Positions 24,511-34,365 of a stretch of DNA of 64,000 nucleotides are shown here, in pieces. The stretch comes from Nemertoderma westbladi (taxonomy: Eukaryota; Animalia; Xenacoelomorpha), in NCBI GenBank assembly GCA_032718475.1, contig JAUCBJ010002030.1, forward strand, positions 1 through 64,000, read 5' to 3'. Position 1 is the first letter of the stretch; the number at the start of each line of letters is the position of its first letter. A program made the position numbers and the translations under genes. Below the pieces are notes generated by a model. That model was given only the letters and a program-made list of their open reading frames with translations. It was not told the origin of the DNA and did no database searches.

Positions 24511-27500
24511 TTATCGCTTAGTTGATCGAGCCCTGCCGCGTCCTCGAAAACTGCGCACAGGTGACTTTGCTCGCGATATGGGACTTGTGGGGCGAGTCAC
24601 TGGTTTCGTTTGGACGTTGAGAGACGGTGCGACTATTTCCTCGCAAATTCGTCTATTTGGCATCCCAAAACCTCGACCGATTCCTCGTGACCGATCAGTT
24701 GTCACTACAGTTGGTAGAACGTCTGGGAACGCGCGAGAAGCGGACGACACAGACCCAAGAGTAGCTTGCGCCCCCTTTTGATCAGCTGGTGTATGTCCCG
24801 ATCCTCCTGTTGGTTCTCTAGGAAGCGATACCGTATCCCGAGTAATTCGAATGGTCGGCTCGACTCCCTTGCGTTCTTCTATATTAATAGACTTCTTTAA
24901 CTGTTGGCCCACTTTCTGGACCCGTATGATCCTACCCTGTCCGTCCTCCCGAGGGTGACGTGCAGACGGCGCAACCGGAGTGGCTGGTATATTTGTCGCC
25001 TCTAGGACCTCCTCTTCCTCGAATACGCTCGCTCGTATACGTTTATGGTAAAACGCGGCTCGGTACGCCCATGCGACGGTTAACCAAGCTCCTTTATTCC
25101 GCTTTTCAGTTCGGAAACGATCGAATTCACCATACGTGATACGATTTACGACTTTCTGAAAATTCCACGTGTTTTTGTTATCCGGGTGAATCTGTAGTAG
25201 ATACTCGCGCACTACTCGGAATCCACTGTCGTGGGGCAAAATATCGACTACCTCGATAAGTTCGTCATATTGGGGCATAGCGGAGATATATCCTTCCGAC
25301 ATCATCGTTTGGGGATTTACCGCCCAAAATCCAAGATGCGCCCTCATCGGAAATCGTCTTCTTTGTGCCGATACATGTTCGTCGGCTAAATCTTCCCACT
25401 CATCAAATAATTTTCTCACGAGTTTTACAGATTCGTGTTCATAAGGTATGTCTCTTAGTTGGCATTCAGATGCTCGATGTCCCTTTATATTGCAATAAGT
25501 ACATTGAGCCATAAATCTCCAGCAAGTATAAAAGGTATGAGACCCTTGATCTCCACACCATCCACAGATTAGCTGAGTCGTAGTAATGTGCTTTCCACTG
25601 CACTTGGTCATATGATGTCCAGCGACGCCACATTTACCACACATCGTATTGGCAGGGTACCACACTCGTTCGTATATAAGATCTCCAATCGGTCGAGCGC
25701 TTCCGCCCACACTATAATCGTAATCATCTGGATCTATGGGTTGGTAGGTTTCTGAAGGTTGTATACAAACTATAGCATCTGTTGCTTCAAGTTGTCGAAT
25801 CTCCGTCTGAGATTTCTTCGGGAGGTTCCTTTCTATCTCAAGAAGTTCCTCTAAAGGATCGTCAGCGATCGTAGTAGTTACTTCGAAATCATCACCAAGG
25901 TGACCGATAGGCGCGCGCGTCTGCCGTGATTCATCCGTAATCTCCACGATACGTTCTCCTTCATAGGGTAACAATGTAAACATAGATGGTCTTTCGATAA
26001 GAGATCCCGCACAGCGAAGATACACGTCTCGAAATATACTAAATCCTGCTCGAGTAAAGGCATTACACTGAGCGTCGGAGTTGTAGAAGGGTTCAAGGAA
26101 TCGTCTAAACACATCGGTATGAATTCTCCCTTCCATGTAGAACGTATGATCTTCTCCGAGACAAAGTGGATGTCTTTTGAGAGTCCGAGACACAATGTCG
26201 GCGATTAGGCAAACATTCACTGACGACTCTATTGCTAAATAATATTGTAAGACCGCTCTTGGAGGTGACGTAATAGCCCAATACACGCATCCTCTCCATT
26301 TAAGCTGTGATTCAAACTCACTCATATCTGGAGTATCACCTTCTCCATAAGTCTCAATATACTTGTTTCTCTTACTTTCCTTATAATCCCAATTGAATAA
26401 CAGGTAGGAAATGTATCCAGTTCCAGTCTTCTGAGTATTATACTCACGAAAATATCCCTGTTCTATAGACCACAAAATAAGAGGTTGAGTGTCGACGTAA
26501 GGTGTCGGTAGTCGGTCATCGCTGTCCGTCATGCCGGCGAAGTCGCTAATTAAGTCCTCCCTTACTCCTGATCCAATCTTTACAACAGTTTTATCTAAAA
26601 TGATGTTTCTTACCATCTTCGGTAGCATTCTAGCGTCGATATTACAAGCTTGGTCCATCTTCTTTACTATGTCGGTGATAAGATGGTGTCGCTTTGTATT
26701 CGCTGGAGGTATCGGCATTCGTTTGTCGCTCCTCTGTCTACTGAAAACGTGCAGGACTCCGTCCGCCGCTCTAATTTGTATAGTCTTAGAAGTCAAACTC
26801 TGCTGATGACTGCCGCCCTCGTTATCGTAAAACATGTAACCATTTTCATGAAACGATCTAAACGTCCTATTCCATTCATCCAACAATTCTTCCGAAGGTT
26901 GCCAAATCTTCTCTATGTCCTTATCATCTTCGAAACGAATAACCTTACCTCGCCAATCCGCGGCAATATCTGTATCCGACTCGAAGGTTCCGGTTCCAAT
27001 CCATAAACGAATCGTCTTGGTTAAATATCCTTTCAGATTACTCGGAGCTATATCGGCACCAGCTCTATCCAGTTCCTTAAAGTCTTGAATATGAGGTGGA
27101 ACGTTGTACACGACCTTTTGAGTAATATGTCTACGTAAATCATATATCTTACTCATATCGCTGAAAACAACTGCAGGAAGAAACTCCAAGTTTGAAATGA
27201 TTTCTGGATGATCCACGATGGGTATTTCGTACGTCGTATCCTGTCGGACTGGTATACTAATAGGAAAATTGAGTGTCGTACTCAATGGTTTCGTAGTTAA
27301 AGTACTATATGGTTGCATTTCTCTTGTCCTCTCCGGGGATGCAATCTGTAGTCTCTGAATAACGTTTTGAGCAAAGTTTATGCTCTCGAAAACTTCCGGT
27401 GTCATCTCCTTAGCTGGAGTTTGATCGTGTGACGTCCAATGGCAAGGTAGGCTCGCGAGTCTTCCGCCCCATTCTTCCATCTCACCTTTCTCGAAAGCCT

Positions 27501-28344
27501 TGTAGGCTCTGTATAGGCTAAGAGCTTCTTTCTTTTCGCGGGTTGACTGATTTGCCTCGTCCAGCGTAAGTTCAAATACATCGGGATCAACAACCTTAGG
27601 TGGGTAAATGACAGTTTCTCCCGCCTTTGGTCCGGTCATAGCAAATGAATGATATGGATTCGATAAAGGATACCCTCCTTCCTGGTAGCGTAGTTGTTGA
27701 TGGTTCGAACACCTCGCCAATATCGGTTCGGGATTTTCCTTATTCAAATGCATCGGAATCGCATTTCGTTGTTCGCGCATACAAGAACCGCATTGATAAT
27801 AAAGTTTATAAACTGAAAATGCTTCCTTGGTTTCTCTATCGTCCCCTCGAGTTCGTCTGTAAAGATGCATTCCATCGAATTCATCTCTTACCGCGGGCAT
27901 AGGTTCGTGCGCCTTTAGGTATTGCATGGTATGATACAAACGACTAATTTCAGTATCGGGGTCTTCGCTAATGTCTCCCGTATCACACAAAGCGTCGTAC
28001 GGGTAAAGTTCATTGAAGGTTTTGCGCAAACTTTCGATTCTTTCGTTTAATGCATTTTGTCTTCTCTTTAATACGTTCGAGTCATATTTAGTTCTCGCGA
28101 GTTTCGCTGTACTTTCCGATAATTCCTTTATACCGAATATAGTGTAGTCCTTGGCTCCAAATCTTTCAAATGGCGCTGCTGCCTCCTCTTGGATATCATA
28201 TCCCCATCTCGGCTCTCCCTGTATCACTTTCTCCATAATTAGGGGTGTAGTTACATAATCATTACTACTAGAGGGAATACAACAGAGTTTTGTAGTTAGT
28301 TGTGAGGAGACGTGAGAGTTTCGTCTGCCCTTTGGGCTCGACAA
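24511..28344 (-). CDS. BEL-2 ORF3: novel Cys/His domain, DEDDy (WRN/EXD2/Mut-7-like) 3'-5' exonuclease domain and 3 CCHC zinc knuckles; first ATG at 28236
   Basis: 1277 open codons between pol and the 3' LTR. ExoI YMFYDNEG, TIQI, LPKMVRNIILDKTVVKIGSGVRED (ExoII), YVDTQ, ExoIII-like QYYLAIE. Knuckles CGKCGVAGHHMTKC, CGWCGDQGSHTFYTC, CTYCNIKGHRASEC. Confidence 0.85.
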   Translation of the reverse strand: MSSPKGRRNSHVSSQLTTKLCCIPSSSNDYVTTPLIMEKVIQGEPRWGYDIQEEAAAPFERFGAKDYTIFGIKELSESTAKLARTKYDSNVLKRRQNALNERIESLRKTFNELYPYDALCDTGDISEDPDTEISRLYHTMQYLKAHEPMPAVRDEFDGMHLYRRTRGDDRETKEAFSVYKLYYQCGSCMREQRNAIPMHLNKENPEPILARCSNHQQLRYQEGGYPLSNPYHSFAMTGPKAGETVIYPPKVVDPDVFELTLDEANQSTREKKEALSLYRAYKAFEKGEMEEWGGRLASLPCHWTSHDQTPAKEMTPEVFESINFAQNVIQRLQIASPERTREMQPYSTLTTKPLSTTLNFPISIPVRQDTTYEIPIVDHPEIISNLEFLPAVVFSDMSKIYDLRRHITQKVVYNVPPHIQDFKELDRAGADIAPSNLKGYLTKTIRLWIGTGTFESDTDIAADWRGKVIRFEDDKDIEKIWQPSEELLDEWNRTFRSFHENGYMFYDNEGGSHQQSLTSKTIQIRAADGVLHVFSRQRSDKRMPIPPANTKRHHLITDIVKKMDQACNIDARMLPKMVRNIILDKTVVKIGSGVREDLISDFAGMTDSDDRLPTPYVDTQPLILWSIEQGYFREYNTQKTGTGYISYLLFNWDYKESKRNKYIETYGEGDTPDMSEFESQLKWRGCVYWAITSPPRAVLQYYLAIESSVNVCLIADIVSRTLKRHPLCLGEDHTFYMEGRIHTDVFRRFLEPFYNSDAQCNAFTRAGFSIFRDVYLRCAGSLIERPSMFTLLPYEGERIVEITDESRQTRAPIGHLGDDFEVTTTIADDPLEELLEIERNLPKKSQTEIRQLEATDAIVCIQPSETYQPIDPDDYDYSVGGSARPIGDLIYERVWYPANTMCGKCGVAGHHMTKCSGKHITTTQLICGWCGDQGSHTFYTCWRFMAQCTYCNIKGHRASECQLRDIPYEHESVKLVRKLFDEWEDLADEHVSAQRRRFPMRAHLGFWAVNPQTMMSEGYISAMPQYDELIEVVDILPHDSGFRVVREYLLQIHPDNKNTWNFQKVVNRITYGEFDRFRTEKRNKGAWLTVAWAYRAAFYHKRIRASVFEEEEVLEATNIPATPVAPSARHPREDGQGRIIRVQKVGQQLKKSINIEERKGVEPTIRITRDTVSLPREPTGGSGHTPADQKGAQATLGSVSSASRAFPDVLPTVVTTDRSRGIGRGFGMPNRRICEEIVAPSLNVQTKPVTRPTSPISRAKSPVRSFRGRGRARSTKR

Positions 28345-28899
28345 CGCTCTAACCTCCTACCCATAGCCTAAGATCTAGGGTTTCTTTAATGACACGCTGC
28401 TTCTTATCTAAAATTTTTTGCCGAAATAAAAACGAATTTGGGCTAAACTGGCTGTGAGTCTAAAATACTCACTTTTTGATCCCAAACTATTATCAGAAAA
28501 TAAGCAATCAAGAATTAGTAATAAATATAGGGGAGTCTATTTATTGACGTAACTTATTGAAACAAGACCGTGTAAAATTTTAATTAAAAATTTAAGAAAG
28601 GCTCGCAAGTCTTCCTCTCTTGTTTCTCTAATTTTAAGTTCCACCCGACTGTACCCTGAAATCTATTCACTGGAGAAAATTTTAAAAATTTTTCAAATCC
28701 AAATGGATTGTCTAAAATTTCGAAAATGTCTCAATATTGTGAGTTCCAAGTAGAATTCCATTTCTTATACCTACAAATCCCGCTCCTATGTGACACATAA
28801 GGGTACCACCCTCAATGTTCACATATAAAGACAATGGAATTCTACCGCTGTCCTTACTATGGTGTACAGGTACGTGGAAATCTATTTGTAAACTCCTAA

Positions 28900-31800
28900 T
28901 TATTTACTAATATTAGGTGGAGATTTGTAGTCTCCAGAATCGTTACGAGTCTCTTCAAGAAGTACGAGACGTTGAGTCGGTCTGTCTACTGTACGACCGT
29001 CAATTGTCCGTACCGTCACAGTTCTTGTCACTCCATCCATAGATGGATGTGTGTCTAAAATTACACCTGTTATCCAGAAGCGTCTTTTTAGATTCACTTC
29101 CGCTAACAGCACGTGATCTCCCGGCTTTAATGCGCGGGTGTTATTGTACCAAGTTGTTCTGGCAGAAATAGAGGGCAAATAATGGTTTTGCCATATTTCC
29201 CAGAATTTGTTAGCTAGTAGTTGCGTGATTTTCCACGCCTTTCTACCGTAGCTATCGCTTTCTATTGGAATAGAAATAGGCGTCAATGTGGTCGGTGCCT
29301 GCATTAGCAGGTGTGCCGGTGTCAAAGCAAACTGAGATTGTTTGTCATCGGGTACTAATACTATTGGTCTAGTATTTAGTATTGCCTCGATTTCAACAAA
29401 CAATGTTGTCAGTTGGTCGTCTGTCAATATGTGGTTTACTAGAATGACCTTTGCCATGGCTGTCTTTATAGATCTAATCAATCTCTCCCAGACTCCGCCT
29501 CTCCATGGACTATCTGGAGGATTAAACTTCCAAACAATCTTGTAAGGACGTAGTTCGTTTGAGATTTGATCATGATCTAATTTCTTAAAGGCTCTAGCAA
29601 TCTCATTCCGAGCACCAACAAAGTTTGTCCCTTGGTCTGAGTACAAGCATTTCACTAGTCCGCGTCTAGCGATAAATCGCCGCAATGCTAGTATAAACGC
29701 GTTGGTGGAAAGATCCATCACACGTTCAATATGAACTGCCCTACTGGACATACATGTGAAAATCAGTCCCCAGCGTTTTACTAGTATACGTCCACGTTTC
29801 GTATGTATGGGACCAAAGCAATCAATTCCAGTCTCTGTAAAAGGTGGTCTGAATGCTTGAAGTCGTGCTTGTGGAAGTTCACTCATTTCTTGGGTACCTA
29901 TTCTAGAATGTACCTTTTTACAAATAATACACGTACGTGTCACTGAACTTAATGCTTTACTGGGTCTAATTAATACAAATCTTGTACGTAAGTAGGAAAG
30001 ACAGTGGTGTCTTCCAGCGTGTTTCAGATGTAAATGTGCGTCCAGTATCATTGCACGTTGTAGTTCGTGATGCTGCGGTATTATTATTGGGTATCTAAAG
30101 TTTGTGTTAAAGTCAATGTTTTGAAGCCGAGATTTATGACAAATTAAGCCATTATAAATAATCGGACTCCAACTCAGTATTGGTGACGACTTGATTGGTT
30201 GACCTTGATTTATAGATGTGAATTCGCGTGCGAAATATCGCAGTTGGTAATGGCGAATTAATTTAATTTCACACCTGTCAATCTCAGCCAATGTAAGTCG
30301 ACGTGTAAAGTCTCGTTTGCCTTTAACGTATTGTACAAAACGTACAATCCACGCTAATTTTCGGCAAGCGTTTGTCCAAGAGTCTGTTAAGTTTACAATA
30401 CGGTCGACGTGAGTATTTGTGACGTCATCAGGTAAGTCAATGGAGATTTTGGAAGGTTTTGATTTACTAGAAGGGCCCACGGGTCCGCCGGTAAGTATTC
30501 CCTTGTTGACTGTTGATCCGTCCGGGTCTACAAGTAATTTGTCCTTCTTCGTCTTCTTACCTTGATTGTCAGTACTTTGTAAGTCGATCGTTAATGGTGG
30601 TTTGAACTCTATGGGGTCACTGGGTTTCGGTAAACTTATTTTTCTGCCGACATTAATCCCAGGTCTTACCATAGGTTGCAAGTTTGGTATGTCTCTTGAG
30701 CGCAAAGTAACACCTGTATTTACATTAGCGTAGGTACTACCCACATCTGTAATACATGAGGTTTCACCGTGCTTACGGTTGCTCAAGTGTGTCAAATTTG
30801 GTAGTTTGTCAATACAAGGCCGCTCCAATAGAGAAACTGCGGCTTCACTATTTGTCAGTATGTCACTAGTGTCTGGTAGAACATTTTGTGATATGTCTGG
30901 CAAAATGTCTGGTTGGCTGTCTAGTAACGTGTCTAGTTGACCGTCTGGCGATATGTCTGGTGTAGAAAGGCTCGCAAGTCTTCCTCTCTTGACCTTTGAA
31001 GTTATATCTTTCCATTTCGCCTTCGGTTTTTTCTTGAGTTTAGCCGCCGTCTTTTTCTTTGCTTTCCCTTTCTTTGGTTTTTTGATTTCCGCGTCTTTAG
31101 GGATAGTGTTAGACTTGTTGTCATATAGTGGTGGCCAATTTAGTGTTGATCTTTGTAAGAATTGTGGTCCGTGTTGCCAAAATTCTTTGTTCTCCGGTTT
31201 ACAGAATTCCTCAGGCATCATTCCTCTTGACGCAATATCGGCTGGGTTTTGTGGTCCGGGACAATGTCTCCAATCTTCTTTTATTGAACGGTCTAGAATT
31301 TCCGCGCGACGGTTAGCTACGAATGTCTTGAATTCAAGTGTGTCGTTGTTTATGTAAAATAAAACCAACGTCGCGTCAGTCCAATAAAATATCTGTAAAC
31401 TTGACTGTAGTTCTGTCTGTATAAGGTTCACAATTGTGGTTGACAGTGTTGCGGCTTGTAGCTCAGCTCGTGGTGTCGTCATATACTTAGTAGGCATTGT
31501 TTTTGCCTTAGAAGTAATGAGCGAAACATCGAATTCTTCTGAGTCTACTTGTCTGCGCAAGTACGCTGCCACACCAAAACCGTTGTCACTGGCGTCCGAA
31601 AAACAATGTAATTCCAAGTTGTCAGGAAATGTTGTTTGTAATGGAAAGTAGACTCTGGGTATGGAATAATCCTCTAGCGAAGATAATTCTGCCTCCCAGG
31701 TCTTCCATAAGTCCACTTGGTCTGATGAGATCGGCTCGTCCCATGTCAGTCCATCCTTCCAAATACTGCGCATATAAATGCGGGCTTGCAGTATTATTGG

Positions 31801-34365
31801 ACTGATGAATCCTAATGGATCGAACAATCGGCTCAATTTTGACAAGCATGATCTCTTTGTCAGTGTGTTTTCTTGACTGTCCAGTCTCACCCTCACTCGA
31901 AAGTTGTCTGTGTTTGGGTCCCAAAAGAGCCCCAACACCTTGGTCGTCGGTAGTGGTTCGAACTCTAGGTCTATGTCACCACCTCCACGCTCAGTCGTTC
32001 CGAATGAGTCTACTAATTCGGCACTGTTTGAGGCGAATTTGGTGAGGTTAAAACCTCCGCCCGCTAAGCAGTCCCGTAATTGATGTGCTACTGTTACAGC
32101 ACGTTCTACTGTGTCACAACTCTGTAAACCGTCGTCGACGTAAAAGTCACGCTCCACAATCCTAATTATCTCTGGGTCATATAAATGTTTCTGATCCCTA
32201 GCGGCTTGTTTTAGGGCGTACATCGTACAGTTTGGGCTGTCTCTGGCACCGAAAACGCGAACTTGCATTTGGTAAGTCGCCGGTGGTAGACTTAAGTCTC
32301 CTTCCGGATACCAGAGGAACCTCAAACTGTCTCTGTCTTGCTCTAACGCTCTCACTTGGTGAAACATAGCTTCAACGTCACAAGTAAAAGCTACTTGACG
32401 CTGACGGAAGCGCATAATCACCCCCATAAGATAATTATTCATGTTTGGTCCATCCATCAACTCGCTATTGAGGGACATTCCCTCAAACAGAGCCGCACAG
32501 TCATTGACTACACGTACTTTGTCTGGTTTGTCGGGGTGTCTCACATAGTGATGTGGCAGGTAGTATGTCTGGTTAGTCACTATCTCTGGGTTAGTCATTC
32601 GGATAGCGTATCCCTTAGTCAAATACGTCTCCATCTGAGTGTTGTACTGCAGATGGGCTTTCTCGTCCTTTAATAGACGTTGCCGTATTGAGTGTAGACG
32701 TCTTAAAGCTAGTGGGTAGTTATTTATAAGTTTAGGACTTTGGCTACGCCATAACATCCCCACCTCATAATGTCCGTCTTTCGCCTGGCGGATAGTATCT
32801 TCCATGATCCTCAAAGATTGTTTCTCCTGTTCCGACATACATGGTTCGTAGCTACCAGGTTCAGCTGTATCTTGTTCTAACCACCTGATAGTCTTCTCCG
32901 TTAATTCTTTGTCCAATGCAGCTTGTTCCACTTGATGATTTCTCAACGCGTCATCATCGATATCGACGGGCATTGTTGAGGTTGTTGGGGTAGGTAGACT
33001 CGCAAGCCTTCCGGCGTTATCATCTGTCGTCGATGGAATCTCTAGCTGACTCGTCTTCTCCCCAAGTTCTAAACTCACCTGGTGAATTAGCTGCTCCTTG
33101 TGACTTATCTTACTAGTTACACGTCTGTCATGTTTTGTATGTAAGGTAGTATGGTCCACGTCGTGTGAAAAGGAATGAATTGAATTTGTAGTTAATAAAC
33201 TACATGTACTTTGTACATCGTCTTCCTCGTCACTTATGTCCAGTGTGCGCACAGGCGCTCGAGTATACCACCCTATCGGCGTTCTACAGGCGTATGCGTT
33301 TCCCGCTACGACTGCCGATGGTCTGGTTTCCCACACTTGATGTAGGTTGAATTGGTCTGTCCCGATCAGCATGGCTACCGATCTATAATTGACAGGACAT
33401 TCAGGTACACCAAGGTGTCTGAAATATTTACGGTCCTCCAAGGATTGTTCTGGGACAGGACCTAGTAGGTTACTAAAGTCTTTGGTGGCCACAAAAGTCA
33501 AATCCTTGAAGGGTAACAAAGACCTCTCCTTTTCGCTGTGTTGCGATTTTGGAAGAAGAGTGTCTAAGTTTAACTTAACTCGTGTCACTGGTATTGCACG
33601 TTGTCCGTGCATACTACTTACGGTGTAACTGACGCGCTTACCTTGTCTGAGATCCGTCACTACATCAGCTATCTGCTCATCCACGTAGCTGTGAGATGAG
33701 GCTGAATCCAGGATAGCGTAGATTCTCTTGCTCCCCTTTGTGCCAGTAATCTTAATTGGAATTACGCTGAATCCCTTTAGTTGGTCAGTCGTCAGAAGCG
33801 CGATCGATGGTTGGTCGTCTCCATCAGAATATACGTCGTCGTCTTCTGACTCTTCGTCCAACGATCCGGATTGTTCTGAGAAGCAATCCTTGATATGTGT
33901 CACAAAGGTTGGAGTCGTTTTCGATTCTCGATTTTTGTAGGCCGCATCACATCTCGCTGCTGCTTCCGGGTGTTCCCTGGCGAAGCGTTTTGTTGGCGTG
34001 TGGCTGTCTGTGTGGAGCAGACCGTCGTGGTTGTGTCCACAGGATGGACAAGTGTTGGTATTTGGGCAATCTTTGCGAACGTGTCCGTGTCGCGTACACC
34101 GCCAACAAGAGTCCAATGGCCGTATCTGCAGCCGTCGTTCTTCCGAGTTTAACTCGCGAAACTGTCGACAACCTCTCAACTTGTGACCGATATACCGCTT
34201 GCCTAAATGCTCGCAGTATTGGCAGCCGCTGAAGTCGGTACCGAGTTGCTGTCTAGTCTGTTTTGTCCCAATGGGCGCAGATACCCTACTACCGTCCGAG
34301 AATTGTCGGGTTTCCGTCGGTGTGGCGTAAGTGGCCGTCTTGGTGGATGTTGTCTGGGGTTTTTG
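28900..34365 (-). CDS. pol: BEL-2 NC-pol: zinc knuckles, aspartic protease, RT, RNase H, integrase
   Basis: The frame is open from the gag stop. CQYC..H..C / CWRC..H..C / CPSC..H..H knuckles, AILDSAS, CDVEAMFHQV, FYVDD, HCFSDAS, NPADIASRG, HHCC, GIDCFG-SDQGTNF-WERL. Confidence 0.95.
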   Translation of the reverse strand, partial: QKPQTTSTKTATYATPTETRQFSDGSRVSAPIGTKQTRQQLGTDFSGCQYCEHLGKRYIGHKLRGCRQFRELNSEERRLQIRPLDSCWRCTRHGHVRKDCPNTNTCPSCGHNHDGLLHTDSHTPTKRFAREHPEAAARCDAAYKNRESKTTPTFVTHIKDCFSEQSGSLDEESEDDDVYSDGDDQPSIALLTTDQLKGFSVIPIKITGTKGSKRIYAILDSASSHSYVDEQIADVVTDLRQGKRVSYTVSSMHGQRAIPVTRVKLNLDTLLPKSQHSEKERSLLPFKDLTFVATKDFSNLLGPVPEQSLEDRKYFRHLGVPECPVNYRSVAMLIGTDQFNLHQVWETRPSAVVAGNAYACRTPIGWYTRAPVRTLDISDEEDDVQSTCSLLTTNSIHSFSHDVDHTTLHTKHDRRVTSKISHKEQLIHQVSLELGEKTSQLEIPSTTDDNAGRLASLPTPTTSTMPVDIDDDALRNHQVEQAALDKELTEKTIRWLEQDTAEPGSYEPCMSEQEKQSLRIMEDTIRQAKDGHYEVGMLWRSQSPKLINNYPLALRRLHSIRQRLLKDEKAHLQYNTQMETYLTKGYAIRMTNPEIVTNQTYYLPHHYVRHPDKPDKVRVVNDCAALFEGMSLNSELMDGPNMNNYLMGVIMRFRQRQVAFTCDVEAMFHQVRALEQDRDSLRFLWYPEGDLSLPPATYQMQVRVFGARDSPNCTMYALKQAARDQKHLYDPEIIRIVERDFYVDDGLQSCDTVERAVTVAHQLRDCLAGGGFNLTKFASNSAELVDSFGTTERGGGDIDLEFEPLPTTKVLGLFWDPNTDNFRVRVRLDSQENTLTKRSCLSKLSRLFDPLGFISPIILQARIYMRSIWKDGLTWDEPISSDQVDLWKTWEAELSSLEDYSIPRVYFPLQTTFPDNLELHCFSDASDNGFGVAAYLRRQVDSEEFDVSLITSKAKTMPTKYMTTPRAELQAATLSTTIVNLIQTELQSSLQIFYWTDATLVLFYINNDTLEFKTFVANRRAEILDRSIKEDWRHCPGPQNPADIASRGMMPEEFCKPENKEFWQHGPQFLQRSTLNWPPLYDNKSNTIPKDAEIKKPKKGKAKKKTAAKLKKKPKAKWKDITSKVKRGRLASLSTPDISPDGQLDTLLDSQPDILPDISQNVLPDTSDILTNSEAAVSLLERPCIDKLPNLTHLSNRKHGETSCITDVGSTYANVNTGVTLRSRDIPNLQPMVRPGINVGRKISLPKPSDPIEFKPPLTIDLQSTDNQGKKTKKDKLLVDPDGSTVNKGILTGGPVGPSSKSKPSKISIDLPDDVTNTHVDRIVNLTDSWTNACRKLAWIVRFVQYVKGKRDFTRRLTLAEIDRCEIKLIRHYQLRYFAREFTSINQGQPIKSSPILSWSPIIYNGLICHKSRLQNIDFNTNFRYPIIIPQHHELQRAMILDAHLHLKHAGRHHCLSYLRTRFVLIRPSKALSSVTRTCIICKKVHSRIGTQEMSELPQARLQAFRPPFTETGIDCFGPIHTKRGRILVKRWGLIFTCMSSRAVHIERVMDLSTNAFILALRRFIARRGLVKCLYSDQGTNFVGARNEIARAFKKLDHDQISNELRPYKIVWKFNPPDSPWRGGVWERLIRSIKTAMAKVILVNHILTDDQLTTLFVEIEAILNTRPIVLVPDDKQSQFALTPAHLLMQAPTTLTPISIPIESDSYGRKAWKITQLLANKFWEIWQNHYLPSISARTTWYNNTRALKPGDHVLLAEVNLKRRFWITGVILDTHPSMDGVTRTVTVRTIDGRTVDRPTQRLVLLEETRNDSGDYKSPPNISK

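Noticed and set aside
24511-28344. ORF3 as an envelope gene
   Set aside because: The position fits, but I see no signal peptide, TM anchor or fusion-protein pattern; nuclease-like and knuckle motifs are present instead.
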